Shown: one piece after another, positions 26,353 through 36,387 of the stretch
Position numbering within the stretch: position 1 is the stretch's first letter
Layout: every line of letters starts with the position of its first letter
Origin: Octopus vulgaris
Taxonomy: Eukaryota
Assembly (NCBI GenBank): GCA_951406725.2
Contig: OX597816.1
Location: forward strand, 128,588,001-128,652,000
Direction of reading: 5' to 3'
DNA: 64,000 nt
Made by a program: the position numbers and the translations under genes
The notes under the pieces: model-generated
The model's database searches: none
What the model was told of the DNA's origin: nothing
What the model saw: only the letters and a program-made list of their open reading frames with translations

Positions 26353-27240
26353 ACACTGCCCTCTCCAGATTGGGCAGCTGTTTCACAGACTCTGGATCCT
26401 CTCCATTGAATTTTCTAAAAGAACTAGTTTTATTATCACTTTTATGGTCAAAGGGAACATAACTCTAATTTTCTTTTCTGTTCTTTTCTTTTTCTATTCT
26501 TATTCACACTTCTAATTTTTGCATCAACTTTCTTCTCATTTTTCTCATGATTTCTTATGTACCAGCATTCTGATTTTCAAAGAGAACAGACCATGTACTC
26601 AGAGCCAGAAGTTTGCTTAGAGATACACAGCATGCTTTTTTGAAAACCTACTTTGATGCATGTTTCCACAAAAAAACTTATTTGTAGCTTGTGCCTCAAT
26701 TCTGTGAACATTAAATGATATATACATATGTGTATGTATGTATGTATGCACGTATGTACATATGTATGTATGTATGTTTGCATGTATGTATGTATGTATG
26801 TATGTATGTATGTATGTATGTATGTATATATGTATGTATGTATGTATGTATGTGTGTGTGTATGTATGTAGACAGAAATAATGGGCTATATACATTTATT
26901 TATTATAGGTTTACTGCTGTTTCAAATATGGATTTGAGTATGTTCATGGTTCAATCTCATCAATTGATTGATTGACTGAAAATATAGGGAACTGTATTCA
27001 TGGAGGCAGATTCTGTATAGTAGGATACCCTTCATGTCACCAACATTCACTTGTTTCCAAATAAGATAATATTTCCCCATAGCTGGGCATGCTTTCAAGA
27101 GAAGATGAAAAGAAGGGGCACCGCTTGTAAGCCAGTGATGTTCACTTGCAACAATCATGCAATCTCATGACAAGGAAATACAAATACACACTCGCATACA
27201 CATGGATACATATATACATACATACATACATACATACATA

Positions 27241-27845
27241 CGAGGTGATATCAAAAACTTCCTGGACTAGTTCTGTAGCACACCAACAGATGACAGCACT
27301 CAATTGCCTGTGCAGTGAGAACTTGTAGCGAACTTCATGAAGCAATGTACTGAGTGACATCAGTGTTTGCTTCGCATGTTGAGAAATTTGTGTTTTTGTG
27401 ATCATGTGTTTGCTGTAAACTGTGATTTTGTCATTGAAAGAACAAAGAGCTAACATGAAATTTTGCATTAAACTTGGAAAATCTGCTACAGATTCATTGA
27501 GCATGCTTCAGCAAGCCTACAGTTATGAGGCTATGGAACATACACAAAGCTTCAAGTGGCATAGGCACTTCAAAAGCAGAAGAATGTTCCTGGAAGACAA
27601 TGAGCGATCTGGGAGATTTGCCATGAGCATTATCCTGGAAATGTGGTATTGTGTATTGATAATTCAACCCTTAGGGCCAGACTATCAACTGAGAGTTCTG
27701 TGACATTTTGAAGTGTTTTGAGGGAGGACATTTGGTGAGTGACTGGATCTGTGGAGTGCAAAGAATTGGATTCTTCAGGTCAACAATGCACCCTATTACT
27801 GTGCTCTGCTTACTCATGAGCTTTTCACCAAAAACAACATGGTAA
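27241..27845 (+). mobile_element. 5' part of a mariner (TIR plus transposase N-terminal HTH), internally deleted
   Basis: TA then CGAGGTGATATCAAAAACTTCCTGGACTAG; EQRANMKFCIKLGKSATDSLSMLQQAY; later WILQVNNAP (DNAP-like). Confidence 0.85.
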
Positions 27846-27916
27846 CACAACCCCAGCTGATAATCGTGAACTATAAGATAATTTTTTCTAGCTTATCAAA
27901 CTTCGATATGGAAAAA

Positions 27917-27953
<37 letters not shown>

Positions 27954-27957
<4 letters not shown>

Positions 27958-28439
27958 CGATTCGATTTATTATTGTTATTACTAGTATTGTTGTTATACA
28001 TACATACATACAAGCATATGTAATGATAATAATAAATGGATGTAAACACATGACCAAAATAAGAATAAACAAAAACAACAACAACAAAATCAAAATACAA
28101 ATTACATGAACGTATATAAACAGAAGATACAAATATTACAGACATCCCCCCACATACACACACTAAATAAACATAGGCGCACATAGAGATATAAGCATGC
28201 GCAAATGAAAACATACAATAGAAATACAAAATGGCTGATGGTTAGTAAGGAGAGACACAAATAAGAAAGAAGAAAACAAAGGACCACTGATGCAGTCACA
28301 GGAGTGTGACGAAAGAACTCTGGTCGAAATAAGATTAAGATTAATGTAAAAAATAAATAACACTGAAGCAAAATAACACCAAATATATAGTGCGTGTGTT
28401 TTTATTGGCTAAACTGGCAATATGACCATTCCGAAATAT

Positions 28440-28444
<5 letters not shown>
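27954..28444 (+). mobile_element. ~490-bp non-coding hammerhead-bearing insert bracketed by (TA)n (solo pLTR or retrozyme-like)
   Basis: (TA)n on both sides (27925-27953 and 28445-28492); contains the motif at 28282-28325; CpGs retained. Confidence 0.6.
28282..28325 (+). ncRNA. minimal type-I hammerhead ribozyme with CUGAUGC(A) core variant
   Basis: gacca-CUGAUGC-a-gucaca/ggag/ugugac-GAAA-gaac-UC-ugguc; perfect 5-bp stem I and 6-bp stem II; predicted cleavage after C28320. Confidence 0.75.
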
Positions 28445-28501
<57 letters not shown>

Positions 28502-29189
28502 ATGTATATGTGTATATATATACATTGCCAGATGAGACTGGGCCTGGTGCAGCCTTTTGGCTTCCCAGACCCCATGCTAGCATGGAAATCGGATGCTAAA
28601 TGATGATGATATATGCATGTATGTAGGAATATATGTATGCATATATATATTTCAGGCCACATTTTGTACTATTCTATTTTATTGCTATTTCTTCCTTTAG
28701 TTAAGGATATGCTCCATCGTACCGTACATAGCACTGATCTACAGCATCTGAGACACACTACAGCTAACCCCAGATACATGTTTCAATAACAAGCAAACTC
28801 TCTGAATGAACTGCCTGTGCAAATAAACTAGATAAATATCTACATATTCAACAGAGCTGTGTTACTATTATATGATATAGTAGTTTATTTATCTACTTAT
28901 GCAACGGTACAGATATTCACATATATTATGCAAGTCTGTATGAGTTAGAACATTAATCCGTAATAAAAGCTTTGTAAATATTTAAAATTGTTCAAGCTTA
29001 AAGTAGTTATTATCTCTATCAAAGGAACTAGACTTCAGAGAGTAATCAGAAAAACCAAATAAATAGCATCATAAATTTGTTATAAAGGGAATACTTAAAT
29101 TTGTTGAATTTTGAAGAAAATTAGTGATATAAATAACTTAAATGTGGAATTTTTGTTGAGCTGAGTCAAGATTTAAATAAAATAGTTAA

Positions 29190-30289
29190 GGCATGGCTGC
29201 ATGGTAAGAAGTTAAGGCATGGCTTTGTGGTTCCAAGTTTAATCACACTGTGTGGCAGGTGTCTTCTACTATAGCCTCAGGCCAACTAAAGCCTTGTGAG
29301 TGAATTTGGTAGACAGAAACTGAAAGAAGCCCATCATATATGTGTTTGTGTGTGTTTTAATATGTGTGTGTGCTTTTGTGTGTGTGTCTTTGTGTGTATA
29401 TGTGTCTTTGTGTGTGTTTGTATGTCTGTGTGTGTGTATATCTTTGTGTGTGTGTGTGTATGCATTTGTGTCTGTTTCTGTCTCTCACCTCCACCACTTG
29501 GCAAGTGGTGTTGGTGTGCTTATGTCCCTGTAACTTGGCAGTTTGGCAAAAAAGACTGATAGAGTAAGTACCAGTACTTTAAATAAATAAGTACTGAAGT
29601 TGATTCATTCCACTAAAATTCTTCAGGGCAGTGCCCTGGCAAGGCCACAGTCTAATGACAGGATCAAGTAAAAGAGTAAAAGTAAAAAAAAGAAAAGGAA
29701 GGGAAAAAACAAAAAGTCAGTGCCTCAATGGCTGGGCTATTCTTTTTGGAAAAACCTCATTACATAACTCCTTCTATGAGGTTGAAAATAAGTAGCATTC
29801 TCACAAAGTAGTTAGATGGCTAAGTTTAAACTCTTTACTCTCTTTTACTCTTTTACTTGTTTCAGTCATTTGACTGTGGCCATACTGGAGCATGGCCTTT
29901 AGTCAAGCAAATCGACTCCAGGACTTATTCTTTGTAAGCCTAGTACTAATTCTATTGGTCTCTTTTGCCGAACCGCTAAGTTACGGGGACATAAAAACAC
30001 CAGCATCAGTTGTGAAGCGATGCTGGGGGAGACAAACACAGACACAAAAACACACACACATATATATACATATACATATATACATATACACGATGGGCTT
30101 CTTTCAGTCACACAAACATATATATACATATATACGACAAGCTTCTTTCAGTTTCCGTCTACCAAATCCACTCACAAGGATTTGGTCGGCCTGAAGCTAT
30201 AGTAGACACTTGCCCAAGGTGCCATGCAGTGGGACTGAACCCGGAATCATGTGGTTGGCTACTTACCACACAGCCACTCTTACACCTAT
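29190..30289. mobile_element. two convergent family A SINEs (29190-29682 +, 29830-30289 -)
   Basis: Full head-body-tail match to other family A copies, in opposite orientations. Confidence 0.85.
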
Positions 30290-30686
30290 AGATATTTGTA
30301 CTGTGCTTTAACAAACCTCAATGCAAACATTCAAATGCTCAGTAAGTCTCATATCTGTAACATCAGTCAGATGATGATACGATATAAAATCATCATTATC
30401 ATCATTTAAAATCCACTTTTCTATGCTTGTATGGGTTGGATAGAGTTTGTTAAGGTGGATTTTCTATTGTTGGTTGCCTTTCATGTCACCAATCCTCATC
30501 TGTTTCTAAATAAGGTAATATTTTCCCTTGACCAGACATGTTCTCAGGGAAAATTGGAAATGAGGAGGGACACGATTTTTTGCATGATGGTGACATCCGT
30601 TTACAACTGTCACAAGAAGTCAAAGCAAGGAGACAGTAACACACAAACACACATGCACACACAGACACACACACACACATATATAC

Positions 30687-30721
<35 letters not shown>

Positions 30722-31802
30722 AAATACATCTACACTCTCAGAGTAGTTGGTATTAGGAAGGGCATCCAGCTGTAGAAACTCTACCAGATCAGATTGGAGC
30801 CTGATGCAGCCATCTGGATTGCCAGTCCTCGGTCAAATCGTTCAACCCATGCTATGGACGTTAAATGATGATGATCTCTTATTATAAAAGGCAGATTTTA
30901 TCTGCCTCCCTTTGTCAGTTATAGAAATCTACAATATAGGATTTCTTCAATTACAATTTACCTAGCATTTTTAAGAGTAGAATGCATCGGGTCATGCCAG
31001 GTCCAGTTTTTCAAATTTCAACTCCAATTAAGCAAAATTTACAGAAAACTCACATTCTGGTGTGTATGTCAAATGCTTTTCTTAGTGTGGATTAAAGCAC
31101 ACGCATACGCAAACACACACAAACGGAGTGAACCGTTTCACTGATGCTATCACCCTAATTTCTCCTTTCTCTTTGCAAGTCTACATTACAACACTACTCA
31201 AAAAAAAAGAAAGCAGCAAACAGAAACAAATAAATACATAATGATTTACTCCTCACACAATTTCTTCAATTAGACTTTACCTATGATTTTTCAAAGAACT
31301 TTCATTGGGTCATGCCATACAAAATTTCTTTCAATTTCACCCCCAATTAAGACAAAATTCGAGAAAACTCAATATTTTAACATTTCACTTTGAAGCCTTT
31401 ACTCTGCCTATTACTCCCACTTCCTCTTTAGACACATAGACACGCTAATATATACGACAGTGTCAATTGTTGACAGACATTGTAAGCTAACGTGTGTGTG
31501 TGTGTGTGCGTGTGTGTCTGTGTGTGTGTGTGTGTGCGTGTGTGTGAGGGTGCGTGTGTGTGTGTGTGTGTGTGTGTGACAGGGACGACCCATTCAGACT
31601 GGTCATCCTTTTTGCTAGAAGATCACCTATGCTACACCACTGGTTTTCAGTTCATATTAATCAAATTAATATTCACAAGAAGAAGGACTATTCATTATAA
31701 TACATCAGTTCCATCGGACAACTGCACAAACATTTGCCATTTTACACATGTATGTAAACAAATTCCTTTCTTTTAGAATTTCAATTCATTTATTTTTCAA
31801 TT

Positions 31803-32954
31803 CATACAAAGTTATTTAGGACGAATATAACATCTAAAGTTATCTCTAAGAAGCAGAAAGATCGCCCAAAAGTGTATATAGATATTTAAATGTATTTATA
31901 TATTCATCTATACACACATGTATGTATAACGTGTGTGTATATATTTCCATAGAGGTAACCATTCACTCCGCACAAAGTTTTTTAGGACGAAAATAACATC
32001 TAAAGTTATCTCTAAGTAGCAGTCGCCCAAAAGTGTATATAGACACACACATGTATGTATAATGTGTGTGTATGTATTTCCATAGAGGTAACCATTCACT
32101 CCATACAAAGTTATTTAGGACGAATATAAGATCTGAAGTTATCTCTAAGAAACAGAAAGATCGCCCAAAAGTGTATATAGATATTTAAATGTATTTATAT
32201 TTTCATCTATACACACATGTATGTATAATGTGTGTGTATATATTTCCATAGAGGTAACCATTCACTCCATACAAAGTTATTTAGGACGAATATAAGATCT
32301 AAAGTTATCTCTAAGAAACAGAAAGATCGCCCAAAAGTGTATATAGATATTTAAATGTATTTATATATTCATCTATACACACATGTATGTATAATGTGTG
32401 TGTATATATTTCCATAGAGGTAACCATTCACTCCGCACAAAGTTTTTAGGACGAAAATAACATCTAAAGTTATCTCTAAGAAGCAGAAAGATCGCCCAAA
32501 AGTGTATATAGATATTTAAATGTATTTATATATTCATCTATGCACAGATGTATGTATAACGTGTGTGTATATATTTCCATAGAGGTAACCATTCACTCCG
32601 CACAAAGTTTTTAGGACGAAAATAACATCTAAAGTTATCTCTAAGAAGCAGAAAGATCGCCCAAAAGTGTATATAGATATTTAAATGTATTTATATATTC
32701 ATCTATGCACACATGTATGTATAACGTGTGTGTATATATTTCCATAGAGGTAACCATTCACTCCGCACAAAGTTTTTTAGGACGAAAATAACATCTAAAG
32801 TTATCTCTAAGAAGCAGAAAGATCGTCCAAAAGTGTATATAGATATTTAAATGTATTTATATATTCATCTATACACACATGTATGTATAATGTGCGTGTA
32901 TATATTTCCATAGAGGTAACCATTCACTCCATACAAAGTTTTTTAGGACGAAAA
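31803..32954 (+). repeat. tandem array of 7 units of ~165-166 bp (one 133-bp deleted unit) plus a partial unit
   Basis: CAAAGTT..TAGGACGAA recurs at 31807, 31973, 32106, 32272, 32438, 32603, 32768, 32934. Confidence 0.95.
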
Positions 32955-33153
32955 TCTTTATATATAAAAGAAAGGTTGTGTGTCTGTCTACTCCGATTTA
33001 GATTCCTAACTACTCCCACATTTTGCGATGCAGTTTAACCAAAACCGAGTATCTTATAGTCGTGATTCATATCGAGCCCTTCTGGGTATTAGTGCGCGTC
33101 TACGATGAGTCTACGATTGTACAAATAATTTACCATCATTTTTTCCCATTTTA

Positions 33154-33714
33154 ATGCATTTTTTAAAATTAAGGGAAGTAACTCTCAAACTTCACACCAA
33201 TATGCGTGCTCATATGCGACGTAATATCACATCAGCAGCATTTCCTCACACCCTCATTGCACTTGGCGAAGGCAAAATACCAGGGGATGAAAATGGTAAT
33301 ATTGCCATCGATTCCATTTGTACCATTGTTAAGACGCCTTCTGATGCAGTGTTCCAAGATCTACAAGCTAATTATCAGAATATGGATTGGATTGGCAAAA
33401 AGGCTATACTGGCCCCGAGGAATAAAACTGTTCACCATATTAATGATGAAATGCTAAAACTCATTCCTGGGGAAGTCTATGTATATCAGTCTATCGATAC
33501 AACTCCTGACCCAGAGGACGTCATCAACTATTCAATAGAGGTACTCAATTCCTTTGAGCACCCCGGACTACCACCACACATTCTCAAACTTAAAGTTGGT
33601 GCCCCTATAATGCTCATCAGAAATTTGGTTCCCCCAAAACAATGCAATGGCACACGTTTGATCGTTAAGTCCTTATCTCCCAGCGTAAACTTATATCAAT
33701 ATTTGCCTGAATAA
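33154..33714 (+). pseudogene. Helitron RepHel Pif1-family helicase fragment
   Basis: LHTNMR, KAILAPRNKTVHHIN, LNSFEHPGLPPHILKLKVGAPIMLIRNL..CNGTRLIV are characteristic Helitron Pif1 helicase motifs; truncated at both ends. Confidence 0.9.
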
Positions 33715-33884
33715 TCATCATCATTCAGTGCAATCATTAACAGTACTTTCAAGTAATTCAGCCCCGAGCAACGCCGGGCAATTCTGCTAGTGATGATATA
33801 TATGCATGTATATACACACACATATATATACACACAAACATACATACATACATAAATATATACATACACATATATGTATGTATG

Positions 33885-33916
<32 letters not shown>

Positions 33917-33937
33917 TGTATGTTTGTATGTATGTAG

Positions 33938-33977
<40 letters not shown>

Positions 33978-33994
33978 GTATATGTGTATGCTTG

Positions 33995-34491
33995 TGTGGA
34001 AGAGGTAGATCCAGAAAGATGTTGAATGCAGTGGTGAAATATGGTCTTTGGTCATGATGATAAATGACCAAGACTTCTGGTGACTTGTTGTGCTTGAGAG
34101 GACACATCAATCTAAGTGACATCATGGTCATGCCCAGTGCCAGTGACATGTAAAAGACATCCAGTACACTCTGTAAAGTGGTTGGTATTAAGAAAGGCAT
34201 CCAGCCATAGAAATGAAGCCAAAACAGATGACTAGAGCCTGGTGCAATTCTCCAGTGTGCCAGCTCTGGGTCAAGCCATTTAACCCATGCCAGCATGGAA
34301 AACGGATGTATAATGATGATGATTTATACATATATATATGGTTTTCTTTCAGTTTTTGTCTACCAAATCCACTCACAAGACTTTGGTCAGTCCAAGACTA
34401 TAGTAGAAGACTCTTGACCAAGGTGCTACACAGTGGGACAGAACCCAGAATCATGTATTTGGGAAGCAAATATCTTACCGCTCAGCCATGC
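33995..34491. mobile_element. RTE 3' fragment (+, to ~34322) followed by a family A SINE head (-)
   Basis: TGTGGAAGAGGTAGATCCAGAAAGA matches region 196-220; reverse-complement SINE head at 34330-34491. Confidence 0.7.
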
Positions 34492-34975
34492 TGAAGAAAA
34501 TTAAAGTTAGCACCAGATTCAGTCAAATAATCATAACAGCCAATTTGTTTAAGAGAGATAAAGAAAAATCAAAAGCATCACAAGAGATCTTAGAAGTTAT
34601 AAGCTTGTCCTTTTATCTTGATTGATTCAATTTGTTGTTTGTTTTTGTTTTCTTTCTATCATCATTTGAACTTCTAAAATGTCTGAGAGAAGACATTAGT
34701 ATATTTTTACAATTTTAGCAATGTCCTTGTTCCACAAGTAGGATTTCAAGTAGGAATTGTAGGTAACTGTAGATAATTATTTGATTCATTCAGTAACCAT
34801 CATTAAACAGCTTATTACAAGATCATTTTTAATTGCATTAATGAAGTTAGAATCACAACACATAAAACAAAATAACACCCAGCCCATTCGTTATTCAATT
34901 CATTCAACTCCATCAATTTCATTTATTAGGATTGTTGTTGTTGCTTGACTCTGGATCAGCCCTATTTGTGAAAAC

Positions 34976-34985
34976 CATTATTATT

Positions 34986-35050
<65 letters not shown>

Positions 35051-35063
35051 TGTTATTATTATA

Positions 35064-35118
<55 letters not shown>
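34976..35118. repeat. (TTA)n microsatellite, apparent Dong target
   Basis: Direct reading. Confidence 0.95.
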
Positions 35119-35120
<2 letters not shown>

Positions 35121-36352
35121 GACGTCAAACAGTACACAATATCATGAGGTTGCTGATTGAAGATATTGTGTCTCCCGGGGGGTTTGTACTGTTTGTCAAG
35201 TCACAACAAGGACCTCAGACAGACAGTACTTTATGCAATATGTGTGCAGTTCCAAGTAATGCTGACTTTTGCAATACATCTAGATTGTAGGGTATTTCTA
35301 AGGTTTACAGATGTTTTTTTCAGATTGGGTGGTATTGAACCCAATGACAATAGGGACAACCACTGACAACAGGGATAACCTTTATGTTTGACTCTCATAG
35401 CTGCCACATCTTAGTGATCTTAATTCTCAGGTTTCGATATTTATCAGCCTTTTTCTTTCTTTCATGATGATATGTTGAGTACCAGGAGATGTAGAGTGCC
35501 AGGAGATGTTGATCTCCTGGCTCTGCCATGTCAATTATTAGGCACTCTTGTTTGTTCCTCCTAAAGGTTACTATATCCAGCCTTTGGTGCTCTAATACCT
35601 TGTCTGTCTGGAAGTGAAAGTCCCAGAGGATTTTTGCCTTCCCCTTTTCATCCACTATCTTTTCCGGTGTATGTTAGTACCAAGCACCTGTAACCTCATA
35701 TCCATACTTACGGCTTGGTAGCCAGTGGAGGTTTTGGGCTACCTTGTCGACTCTACACGTGTACTCTTTCTGCACAAGACCTTCACAAGCACTAACAATG
35801 TAAGTGACAATCTGACCATCTTCCCACACATTCTGCAGAGGTCTGTTGCACTTGTTTGGTGTATATTCTTTTACACTGAGTTGATATTCAATGCCTGGTC
35901 CTAGGCAGTGATGATTAGGTTTTCAGTATTCTTTTTTAGGCCACCCTTCTTAAGCCACATTCATGATGCATCCTGGTCTTTTAATTTGTTGGTTTCACTG
36001 TGAAACTGGCCATGTAATTCCATGCAGAGTAGGGTTTCTTCTCTCTCATTGGCTGTTCTTGATCAGAATTCATGAGAACTCTCAAGTCCATTTTTGTTAG
36101 ATACTTCTGCCTTAGCAGCATACTGTAGCAGGTCTTGTTTGCAGTTTACCAAATATTCTACCATGTTTCTTCTCTCACTGTTGATGCACTCCCATATGCT
36201 AATCATCCCACGTACACCTTTACTCCTCTTCATGTAGAGCCTGTGTACATTCCCCTAAGGGTGGAAGGCACCATACATTGTCATTGTTGTTCAGGAAGTG
36301 CAATTGAGTTGGTTAATCTCCACTTGTGTCCATTTTAGGATGGATGCACCCA
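35119..36352 (-). pseudogene. degraded Dong/R4-type LINE 3' part, a different family from its neighbour
   Basis: KILWDFHFQTDKVLEHQRLDIV...CLIIDMAEP...KKADKYRNL (RLE domain); bounded by (TTA)n on both sides. Confidence 0.8.
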
Positions 36353-36387
36353 TTATTATTGTTATTATTATTATTATTATTATTATT

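Larger units (their letters stand above)
30875..33790 (+). mobile_element. composite non-autonomous Helitron (2916 bp)
   Basis: A|TC start at 30875, 3' hairpin GCCCCGAGCAACGCCGGGC (33761-33779), CTAG|T end at 33790; splits a (TGA)n tail with no TSD. Confidence 0.8.

Noticed and set aside
7472-27845. Matching mariner TIRs at 7472 and 27241 as ends of one 20-kb composite transposon
   Set aside because: Both TIRs read in the same direction on the + strand, so they belong to separate copies
31803-32954. CRISPR-like regular repeat array
   Set aside because: Whole units repeat with no unique spacers; eukaryotic context and no cas genes
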